Source: Chlorokybus atmophyticus (taxonomy: Eukaryota; Plantae; Mesostigma and Chlorokybus algae). Taken from it: a stretch of 56,910 nucleotides of DNA. The notes beneath the pieces are model-generated. The model was not told where the DNA came from and ran no database searches. It was given only the letters and a program-made list of their open reading frames with translations. Shown here in pieces: positions 46,183-56,910 of this stretch (positions within the stretch are counted from its first letter, which is position 1; every line of letters starts with the position of its first letter). The DNA is taken from positions 63,892-120,801 of the forward strand of contig RHPI01000863.1 in NCBI GenBank assembly GCA_009103225.1, given 5' to 3'. A program made the position numbers and the translations under genes.

Positions 46183-47574
46183 CCCATGCGATCCACGACG
46201 GCGACGGCGACGACCACTCCCCCTCCCCCTCCCGCGCCGCCACCGCTCACGTGACCCACGCAGGCAATTCCGGACACGGTCGTACCATCTTCGGTCGCAC
46301 GGTACGACTCGAACGTACCACCTCGCAGCGTCGTTGTGCGCCGACGCTCGTGACGCGCGACGCGAACGCAATGCAAGCCTCCCGTCGATGCGGCCGCCGC
46401 CAGCTGCGAGTGAGAGTGTGGGAGGCTCGCTCGAAGCTCGACCTACGGTATGACGACCATCATGTCAAAAACCTGTGTTGTTGATGTCATTGAGAAGAGC
46501 AAACGATTGTGTTTTTGAGGAAGGTAGGGGAAGGGCTAAAATGTCGCATGTGCGGTGCGTGCATGCGGCGCTTGTGGCATCCTTAACAACTTCGCTCCGT
46601 CAAGGGTGGGGGTGAGGTTGGGGCCATCGAAGTAAGGGTTGATGTATTTGCACGAAAAACATGTGACTCCGCAAGCATTATAATGTGTCGCTGTTATGTA
46701 GCGTAATAGTGTGTCGTTGATGTCCAATCACATTCACAAAGGGGGGATGAGGAAGTTGTAGTGCAGCTTTATACATTTTCATGTATAATGATAAGCCTGT
46801 ACATGTGCTCTCGCGCGTGCATATATAAAATTGCTTCGAAGCGCATATGCATGTTGGTGTAAAACCATCATGCATACACGTGTGTGTGCGGGCATTCGTG
46901 TGTCTCATAGCTACAAATCCACATCGACGGAGCAATAATGCAAGCATGTACAAAACAGCTTGATGAGAATGGAGCGCGTGTCTCATGCTGCATTGTAGAT
47001 GCATGCATATGCATGCATTGAAGCAATTGTACTCATATTTGTGCTACGATTATGCCTGATTAAGTATGGCGTGAACATAATATTTGCGGTGGAATTGCAT
47101 GTGGTGGTGGTGGTGGTATTACTTGTACAAGCACAGTTGGCTTGGTGAGACATCGAGCCGACCGTGCAAGCCCCCCGTCACGTGAACATTACTATTATAA
47201 ATATTACTGTCGACTGTGTCGGTGATTGTTTTCGTAATTTGTTGGTATCCAATAATGAATAATGAATTCTAATACTATTGATATTTTATCATAGCAAGTA
47301 CTTGACTAGGGGTGCGGCTGATTCAGCTAGGCCGTTTAGCCCACCTAGCATTCACGGTCACTCACACATCACATACGCATCCCCACACGACTAAAGGCTA
47401 TCGCACAACTTGGCACCCGCAGTTGGCAGAGTTTTTGGCTGCGCGGCAATATGTGCGTCCTCGCCTATCAAGTGATTGGCTGGGCAGCAATTACTAGCCT
47501 TGACCGATCAGATCCATACACTAGACCTCGATCATTCAAAGCACATCCCTATCAGCACATGGGGCTTGCAGGCT

Positions 47575-50400
47575 ATGTACTGGCACAAACCTTTTGGGCT
47601 AAGACCTGAACCCCCCTAAAGCTTGCACAAAACCGCTTGTGCCAGTACCAGCTGTTGATAAACCTACTGGTCGCTGGCACGACAAATGGAGACTGTATTG
47701 GCACGAGAGGTCCGTTCTAGCAATGGCTTGTAAGCAAAGTACAATTTTAAACCGGAGCCAGCATTGGCACAAGAAAATGCTGTGCCGCTGCTGGCATTGA
47801 GGTGAAAGTGCTTGATTGTTGCACACCGGTACCCGCAGAGATGTAACGACATGCCCATCGGAATAATGCATGTGCAGCATGCAATGTAAGCATCACAACA
47901 AACCAACTCGCAAAATGAGCATTTTGCGAGCACATCATTTTCAATTACACCTACATACTCAACATCACCACCACCAACAACAATTGGTACCCTAGCTATC
48001 GCCCAGCGCCACCTCCAGCTCAAAACTCCATACACTTAAGACCCGCCTAGACCCAAGACATGCCCGTCTTGCCATAAGCCTAAGGTTTAGGTCTGCTGCC
48101 AACAGCAGCGGAAGGGGTTGCATGGTTGCTGGCAGCTCATCCACCTGCAACATGCTGGCGAGCAGAAGCTTGTAGTGGAAGACCTTTACGCGGTGATTAG
48201 CGTGCGGCAACGCATTCGCGTACTCCCGCACATTTGTCCACACAAGTACGGTGAAGACCTTCACTTGCACTATCACTTGCATGCTCACACATCGCTCACA
48301 CGCACGCGCACATGCGCGTGCGCGCATGCTTGCGCACACACACAAGTCAGAACTAGTTGGACACGGAGTCAAACCAGCAGCTGCGAAAGCAAAAGCGGCT
48401 TCGTCAACTTCACGTGTTCAATGAAGGATGCCAATGGCAAACATACCTGCTCGTAGTACACATTGTGGGGGCCGTTGCAGTGATGCTTAAGCTCGCAACC
48501 TAACAATCAACCAAAGAATACTCATTGCAACTCAGCAAATCAGCCAACAGAAGCAAGCTAGCAACCAAACGACCAAGCCAATGTCAACGCAGAGCATCAG
48601 CATCTTGCTCTGCAATGACAGCAAGCAACATGAGTGCAAAGCAGCAACTTGCTGCTCTGCATAAAATGCAGCAAGTCACACCTGGCATGATTGAGCGTCC
48701 GCTCTCAAAGCCGACTCAGCACATGCTGGATGCCTCTTCGATAGACTTCAACTAGCCTTGTTGACATTCAGCATGCCGCCAATGAAGAAGTGTGCTATGA
48801 TCAGCCTCATTGCTGCCCAATAAACAATGCGATATTAAGCTGTGTATATATACAAGCAGCCGCATGCGCAATTGTGCAAAAGTGACGATAAGGCAGCTGT
48901 CACAAGCATGCAAGACAGCAACTCTTAACGACACCTCGCATTTCCTTATTTTCAACACCGGTGGATAGTCCGTTACAATATGGTGGTTATTAAAGTGTAC
49001 TGATATAAACTAGTTGATTAACATTAAGAAGGCAGGTACTAGTACTAAACTAATGCTCATCCGTTAAGTGCTCAGACCGTATTTCTCCGCGGACTTCGGG
49101 TGTCGGAAGCTTCTGCCGGGCATGCCGGCACTGTCGGGTCTAACATCTATGGACTTGGGTTCTTCCCATCTAAGCCCAAGACTCCTAGGGTTTTTTAGAG
49201 TTGTGCCAATAATGGTAGTGATTTGTTTATATATTAATACTTGCACAATGACCTAAAGCATTATTGATTCAGGTTTGTGTCAGCAATTATCACGCCTATA
49301 AGGCTGGCAAAGGTTGTTCATTGTCCCTTACTTATGTAGTACGAAGAGACTAGTTGGGTTTTCCATCCTATAAGCATGTGTAGTGCTTGCGGGGTACGCT
49401 CTCATGTAAGTCTACTGTTGAATTTATGTGGCCATGCACGTGATGAACGACATAAGGCATTGGCAAGGGCTAGCACAAAGCTGGTCAGTGCTTGAGGCCT
49501 TTCGCCCAAACCTATGAGTTGCCACAGGATGTGACATTGAGGAAAGAACGCCAAGTTGGCAAACCATTTAATCATGATGTGATAGTGCGATTTGCCACCA
49601 TGGTGACATTCGTTGGGGTAAGTAATGCTTGTGGGCAATCCGCAAGTACTACTGTACTGGGAGAGCCTATGTTTAAAGTTCCAAGGTAAGATTGTTCCTT
49701 CAATAAAAACCCGAGGGAGATTTATACTCCCAAAGTGAAATTCGTTGGTTCCTATGTTGGAACAAGGTCAGCATAGCGACAAGGCCTTGAGGCCCTTTGA
49801 CATCTTGTATGCCAGGTCGGGAGAGCAGCAAGTGGTATATGTGCTATGTAGCAACCTTGATTAGGGATCAAGGAGTGTTCACAACTCGCGGGCCACTTGT
49901 GTGTGGGGTGCCCGGTTGTAGCTGTTGAAGGGGCTCTCCCCCTCATCCTTTGTGGGGTGTGGTGTTTTGTGTGCATGTGGGTGTGTTGGGCGTGGGTGTG
50001 CTTGAGGCAGAAGCTGTGTGAGAGGTTGGTGGTCATTTTCTCCTCCCTTTTGGTGCTGCAACCTCCACTGCACCGTGGTGCTAGTGGGACTTCCGTCGTA
50101 AGTTCTTGGTGCTTGTGCATAAGTTTGCCAAGCCCTGGCCAGCAAGTAAGTAGTGGCATTGTTACAGCATTGCCATGGGGTGCTGCTTCCATGCCATTGC
50201 TGGCACAGTATTCATGCCATTCCAGATCACTAAATTATTGACCAGTAATGGCACAGTTTGTGCCAGTCATGCATAAGTTGTCTGTAAGTTGCTAGTAATG
50301 GCACAAATGTTTTGTGCCAGTATTGGCACGGGTTTGTGCTAATACTGGCACGGGACGCTGGCCCCATATGCGTATGCCATTGCTTAAATATGCCAATAAG
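47575..50400. mobile_element. Putative non-autonomous DNA transposon with TGGCAC subterminal repeats
   Basis: Clusters of TGGCAC/GTGCCA in both orientations at ~47575-47800 and ~50190-50365. No transposase motif recognised inside. Confidence 0.45.
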
Positions 50401-52345
50401 CACAATGTGCACGGTGTACCTAAGGCGATATATTCATCATGTAGACATATATATCAAAAGTAAAAAACATTAAGCAACATGTTAGTATTATGGGGGAGAG
50501 AGCAGAATGCAGGCTCAAAAGGGACAGGTGCCGGACACCATTTGCCCGGCGCCCTATCCGCGCAAGAACATAAGTCGTTTTGTATCCCGCCCCTCCAGCC
50601 AAAATTGCCCTTAACCCGCTTATAGTCTACCCTCATTAAATTAATCACGAATGTAAGAAGACATTTGGTTTAAAAGGAGGTGACATTCCTTTATCATAAT
50701 GGCAGACGGTTGCTGTAACGCATGAACGCTTTACACATTGTGACGATTTATCATTGTGATGACGGTTATTTTGACATATAGTATACAATATAAATATTAT
50801 GTATATAGAATGTAAGATTTCCCTTGACTATAAGGCGGACATCTCTATGCAATGACAATTGATCACCATATTACAATGTTCACATCATTTCATATGGTGA
50901 CATCAGTTTATCATAGCAATGTATGCAAACCTTAATCGATGGATGTTATACTTGTTACCCTCACTATAATGACGCTCCCTATTAGCACCCACTGTCCTTA
51001 CAAGGATTGTGACATTCATCGTGAAGGTGGAGATGTGCCTTATGTAAAATAGCTCATCAGCATTTTGTGTTTTATTTATTTTTATTTATTTATTACTGTC
51101 AGGGTGTGGTAAGGACGAGTGTTATTACAGCAACGATAGACTGTATCTCGATAGCCATGTCGCGCGCCCTTAACACTAGACGGGGAAACGGTATATATTA
51201 CTACGGTTGCCGTTATCATTTTCGTTTAAATTCTCATACGATAACTTGTATATAACAACTTTGCTTATAGCAATCTATGTAGATTGCTATACTATGACCA
51301 CAAGCGGATACACTTGCAGTGATTTACATGTTGTGCTGTAGGCACATAACGGGTGCAGTCACGCACGGCGTTCGTTATGACGTGACGAGCGGCTCGACGG
51401 CGTACTCAGCAACGTCACGGCACCAAAAAGGACGGTTCGGTGGCTGTCTGCGGAAAATACGAACCCCAAGACGACCATAGATGTGGCATCTACACAGGGC
51501 GGGCCAGTCGTCTCTGGCGCGCATCCTGCGGTGGTACGTTCAAACATGCGAGTGCATCGCTTGGTCCCGGCGTGACGGCTGCGGACCACTCCACGCCGTC
51601 ATGCCATTGTCGATGCGGACCGAACCATTGATCTGCAAGATGGGACCAGGGCTAGTCGCGTGCCCCGGCCTATACAGGGCAGCACTGATACAGCAAGCGG
51701 CCCCGCCGACAGGACCAAGTAGGGAAGGGCGCACGGTGCCGTGGCTGCTCCCAGCGTACTATCCGTGACTAGTCCCGCGGCACAAAATTTAAGGTGCGGT
51801 CGGTTGGCTGCGACATCATGCATGTAGGGACAACATAGTACTCTGATAGCACGGCAGCTTTGTGTTGCGCGCCGGCAGCAATACCACATGGGATCAAGTG
51901 GTCAGTATTGGGCCGTGCACGGGCGCTGGCACAACTCTGGTGCATGGGATTGCGGGCAGAACCCTTGCTGCGGAAAACAGCACACCGGCGCAACAGTCTG
52001 GCGCAGCTCACATGTGGCGCGTAGTGGCGTGTATGAGTGCACCTTGGCTGGAAAGTTACGCCCGTAGTCCGCTCCTCCGCCACTCCGCAGACCAGAGACG
52101 GCGAGGCGCTCCTGGGTGTGGGTGTGGGTGTCGGGTTGTGCGTTGCTGCCGTAAGTAGCCTTGCATTGCCCCCAAGTCCATGATGCATGCATACTCTTGC
52201 GTGTCTTGCTGTGTGCGTTTCTCTGTCAACCCAGTGCCCTACGTTGCTTGCTTGCATGCATCCCCACCCAACCCTGACACTGACGCCTGCCTCTCCCCCG
52301 CACACACAGGCAGTCGGAAGCAGTCGCAGGAGCTGGCCAACAAAC

Positions 52346-53320
52346 ATGGCCCGCTTCGCTGCCTCCGCCCTGTGCTGGCTGTTGCTGCTTCTGGCCACCT
52401 CTTCCTCCATCAGCAGCGTGGTGGCGCAGGGCCAGTGCATGGCGCCGTGCACCTGCGTATGTCCCTCTCCGCCCCCTTCCCCATCACCGCCCTCCGCACC
52501 CCCCACCCCACCCACCCCCTCTGTCCCCCAGACGGTGATTATCACTCTCAAGAACATGACTGCCATCACCAATTCGCTGGCGCCCGTCGCCAAGACCATC
52601 AACGACGCCAGCTTCGTCCCGTTCGCCTTGGCCAACAATCCCTACCAGAAGATCATCCGGGGCCTCGACCAGATAACCGCGCTCGGCAACCAGATCGATC
52701 AGGTGAGTCGGGAGGGGGGGGGGGGTGCGTGCATGCGTGCGTGCGTGCCGCAACGGTGCATCCGCCTGCCTGTGAATCACGCATGCACACGTCATAGTCG
52801 CGTGAGGTGTGCTGGCCTGCTGTGTGTGCTGTTGCTTGCAGCCGCCAGCTGTGCTAGTAGCCTGCCGTCTGCTGTTGTCAAGCAAGTGGTCTCTCTCTTC
52901 GTCTGGACAACAAGCGCACGTCTTGCATGGTGTGCATGTGTGCGCGCACAATAGACATCAGAAGGTGGTTGCTCATTGTCTTCCTCCATTGCACAGACGC
53001 TGAGAGGCTTGGGGTACGCCAGCAAGCTGTCGGATCAGCAGGCGGTGTACGACGCGACCGTGGAGTTGATCCGCGCGATGACGGCGCTGATGGACCTCAT
53101 CTATCAGCAACGCAGCCGTCAGCTAGCAGGCTTGGCACGCACTGTTTACATCGGCCCAGACATCACCCGTGCCCTCGACAGAGTGCAGAGTGCCGTCAAT
53201 GAAGACTCCTTGGCCATCTCCGGCCGACTCGATCAAGGGGATTACGCCTACCTCATCTCCACCGTCATGTATGACCTCAACCAAAGCTTCACCAAGTGCA
53301 AAAGCGTCTTCCCCGCATGA
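52346..53320 (+). CDS. Secreted protein (226 aa, 2 exons): signal peptide, Cys/Pro-rich linker, helical domain resembling fungal UVI-1-type proteins
   Basis: Exon 1 52346-52702 (|GTGAGT) and exon 2 52997-53320 (CACAG|) join in phase 0. MARFAASALCWLLLLLA...CMAPCTCVCPSPPPSPSPP...TVIITLKNMTAITNSLAPVAKTI...NPYQKIIRGL...YIGPDITRALDRVQSAV. Confidence 0.8.
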
Positions 53321-53535
53321 TGAGATGAGAGGACATGGCTGCCAGGTGGCATCTCTGTGTGAGTGAGAGAGATCTTGCAGCAACCCACTCGCTCTTTACT
53401 TGATCAGTTGGCTGCTGACGCGGCTGCTAGTTTAGCGGATGTTGCATGAAATTTTGCCCTGCTGCGGGTTTTTGCTTGTGATGAAAATAGTCTAATGTAC
53501 AGTGTAGTAGGGAAGGGGGGGGGGGGGGGGGGGTN

Positions 53536-53582
<47 letters not shown>

Positions 53583-54009
53583 TTTTGGAGTGTGTTGCAG
53601 TACGGCACTGGCTTCAGGCTGTGGAGCTTCACGTATGCTTGTTGCTCCTGCCAGCACGCTGATTGACTTTTTTCTGCGTGCGTTGACTGGTGCAGCACAT
53701 AGGCAGGGGTGGGGTGGAGGGGGGGGGGGCACACGCGAGAACTCTAGCAGGATCGTACAATCTGCATCAACACAGGTTCAACGACAAGCATGCACAAAAC
53801 CCCACAAACCACAGCTCCACTCAGAGCAGGGCGTATCCTGCTGTTAGCACGTCAACCAAACGCTACAAGTACATTGCCAGTAGCGGCGTAGGCAAAGGCA
53901 ATGCACTGCAGTCAAACAAACAACACTACTGGTTGGGTAATGACCTGGGCCCTTCAGCAATACTTGACAGCGTCATAACAGCAAGATCGGGAAGGCAAGC
54001 CCCTCACCT

Positions 54010-56832
54010 ACCCACAGGCGCCACAGTCAGCAGGTTGCCAAGCGGTCACCCTGTCACTGTGGTCGCCCCGCCCCTTCACCCTACCGCTAGCTCCCAAAAG
54101 GCCTGCCTCACGTATCACTACACACAAAACGGCCGCATGTGCGTTGAGTAGATAGCATGCACTACTGGAATGCGTGCAACTGGTGCTCAAGTGCAACCGT
54201 GTATATTGCTTACCAGCACAACACAGCCAAACAATTGCAACAAGTCCTTACGCTCTGGACTACGCAACAGAATATGCCAGTCTATGGAGTACCTGCTACC
54301 ATTGTGTACACGTCCTAGCTACCCACTGCGATACCACACATACACATACAGACGCACGCGCGCATGCACACACTCAACTCAGTTGCAGATAACGACTAGG
54401 CAGCCCGGGTAGAGTGCTTGCTGAACTTGCTCACTAATGACCGAGTAATATTGTGTGATCGCATCAACTGTATACGCCCACACTATGGTGAGACGCCGTC
54501 ACAACACACACATACACGCCTGCGCACGCACAAGCAAGCATACAGATCATTGGCAAACTGGTCGTTTCAAGTGCTATCATCACCACATTGTCTCATGCAT
54601 GCAAGCATGCATGCATGCACGCGCGTGCACTCGCATATCTATGTGTGTCACACTGGTACCTTGCTTTCCGTTGTTGAGGTTGTCGAGGGTGTGACGGAAG
54701 GTGAGGGCGCTGGACATCTAAATGCTGCGTGGTCTTGAGAAGCGCAGCTGCCTCTCTTGCAAGCCTATACGCAAACACGTGTGCCTGTAGATGGGGACAG
54801 GTTTGGTATGAGCGATGACGCGGGCGCGAGCCTCGCGCTGCTTGTCGGCCTGCGGGTTGAAGTCTATGTGTCATGGATGATGACAGTGTCCGCGCTGTTG
54901 AGGTTGAGCCAGCCTCTGCTCGCAATGACAGCAGCATCGCAAACATGCCACCGTCACCACGATTGAACGCATGCATCAACACTTGCCTCTCCAACACTAG
55001 CGCGCTGCACAACAACGATTGTCCGTTGCTGCCCCACGCGCACATGTACACATACGTACACGCACACACGACTTGAACATCCTACCCACACATCCCAACA
55101 CAGCTCTTCCATTCAGACGAAGGTGAGTGAGGTCCACCTGCTGCTGTAGGGCGTCTTCCATGATGTTCGATGGCAAAAGATGGGGGTCAGGAGCCGCGCG
55201 CGAGCGTCGCGGAAGCTCATCCAACACAGGCACCCTGAGGGTTGTAAGGCAGGCAGTTGGGGTTTGAACGTATGCATGCACCTCTCTACCCCCGCAGCTG
55301 GTTGTCGTGTGATGTTGTCACAACAACCTTTGAATCAAAAAACTGTTGTCACAAACTGCTGTGTTGTCTAAGTTTGTTTCTGTTTGTCACATGATGTCAT
55401 GTAATGTCGCGAGTTTTGTGAGAGCGTGTACAACACATTGATCAACTGGCGTTGAGTCGTGGCACTTCATCATCTTCGTGTCGTGTGCGCCTCCGTGCGT
55501 CCGGTCCCGCTGCATGTGGGAAATGATAAGATGAGGCGTCGCCGCCTCTGCCGCGGAGAGCGAGTGAGAGAGAGAGAGAGAATACAAGTGCGTGTGTGCG
55601 TGGGGTGGTCGATTGACTCGTTGTTTGTGCGAGCGTGGAAACGGACACTGTCCTTTTATGCTTCGATTTGCGTGCTGAACGATAGAGTTTACAATCTACA
55701 TCGCATGAGTGTGCAACACCTTTGCTTGCAGCCATTAAGTACAGGCACCCACTCATGGCTAACCTCTTATACAACACTTGACGTGCCAAGCAGTTCAACA
55801 ACTTCTAGTAGCGCCAGACAGTGTAGCCATTCAAGTCTCGTATTGATCTGCTGCTGCATGTCTCGTCCTGTTTTGCAGCACAACGCATCCGCACTCCTGC
55901 ATTTGCACAACACTTCTACTGGCTGTCGATGCGGCACTGGAGTGGCTTCTTTGGCTGGCTTAGGCAAACCTGTGACTTGCCTGATGAGCCACTTGTTCAG
56001 CACGGGCCCGGTGGCGAAGATGGCGAAGGTGGTAAAGGCCGAGTCGTATATCACAAACACGTGCCACAGCAGTGCTTGCGTAGTCCCACCAGGACCAGCG
56101 CGGAGGCGTCCGCGTAGGGCTTCTCCATGTCGTCGGTGCGGGCGCATGCAACGGTGCGCGCGGTCTGCCACTCATCGCTCGAGCAAAGGATCACCGCCTC
56201 CTTCTCCGCCAACGTGGGTCACATGAGACCCGTCCAGCCGTAAGGTGATTGTGTCAATGCCCAGCAGCACAAGAGGGGAGCCGTTGCGCAGCGTCTCCTC
56301 GTGCATGGCCCTGGTGGTCGCGTTCATGCATGGGTTCACCAGATCCACCTGTCAATGGCTTGTCACATTCACGACACGTACACGCACATGCACACATGAA
56401 CGTGCATGTAGATACACACGTGAGCAAACACTTGCACGCGTGCGCACGCACATATACGCCGTGATGCAACGGGACGCTGCGCGGACGCACACGCTTGCAG
56501 CACACAAACATTTGCACATGCCTATGCGCGCACACAAACCAACAGACGCACAGGCATGTGCATGTGCATGCAGCACGCACAATCGCGCTCCTGGCGCAGA
56601 CACCCACACGCATGCACGTAGACATGCGTACATGCGTGAAGACACTCAGGCGTACAGATGCATATGCATGTGCGCACACCAACAGTACCTTAAGGAGTTC
56701 TTCCGTGGAGTAGGCACCGACGAGTAGGTAGTCTTCGCAGGGGTGGATTTGGATGCCGTTGGCGTAGAAAGACACGGTGGCCTGCACGAGGGTTTCCCCC
56801 ACCGCGCAGCTGCGGTCTGTCGTCAGCCAGGA
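54010..56832 (-). pseudogene. 5'-truncated multi-exon gene running inward from the telomere; product unknown
   Basis: Exons WLTTDRSCAVGETLVQATV...EELLK|GT and AG|VDLVNPCMN...(in-frame TGA)...ALLWHVFVIYDSAFTTFAIFATGPVLNKWLIR|GCAAGT, with further exon-like blocks down to ~54.0 kb between CA-rich introns. Confidence 0.55.
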
Positions 56833-56910
56833 TTAGGGTTAGGGTTAGGGTTAGGGTTAGGGTTAGGGTTAGGGTTAGGGTTAGGGTTAGGGTTAGGGTT
56901 AGGGTTAGGG
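56833..56910 (+). repeat. Telomeric repeat (TTAGGG)13
   Basis: Thirteen perfect TTAGGG units running to the end of the window. Confidence 0.98.

Noticed and set aside
51769-52638. 289-aa minus-strand ORF and other Cys/Val/His-rich ORFs across 33-57 kb
   Set aside because: Antisense to real exons, or translations of (CA)n/(GT)n intronic microsatellites.
53514-53581. Poly-G tract as a G-quadruplex or poly-Pro exon
   Set aside because: A homopolymer containing an N is typical of sequencing or gap artefacts, and its length is unreliable.
1-56910. rRNA, tRNA or prokaryotic operon features
   Set aside because: None recognisable; the bacterial-like lyase has spliceosomal introns, so it is not simple bacterial contamination.

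Overview
The window is the last ~57 kb of a eukaryotic chromosome arm, ending in 13 TTAGGG telomere repeats. GT-AG introns, GC-rich codons, Pro-rich secreted proteins and the TE types suggest a green alga (inference). 1-25 kb is a transposon nest: a near-intact Ty1/copia element sits in an intron of an unknown gene, followed by an array of ACCATGCATGGT palindromes and a decayed Ty3/gypsy element whose polyprotein reads gag-protease-C5 DNA methyltransferase (DNMT3-like, GWECQ motif)-RT-RNaseH-integrase-PHD finger. A second, inverted DNMT-RT-RNaseH copy follows, and a copia solo LTR splits the first DNMT just before its catalytic motif. 27-57 kb holds intron-rich genes: a membrane-anchored repetitive coiled-coil protein, a ~1330-aa secreted chimera (Ole e 1 domain, Pro-rich linker, bacterial-type heparinase II/III lyase, MopE-like repeats, two beta-sandwich modules), a Q-rich coiled-coil protein, a secreted UVI-1-like protein, and a gene whose 5' end appears cut off by the telomere. 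TpA-rich decayed islands lie between them. All family assignments come from motif recognition by eye; no database searches were run.
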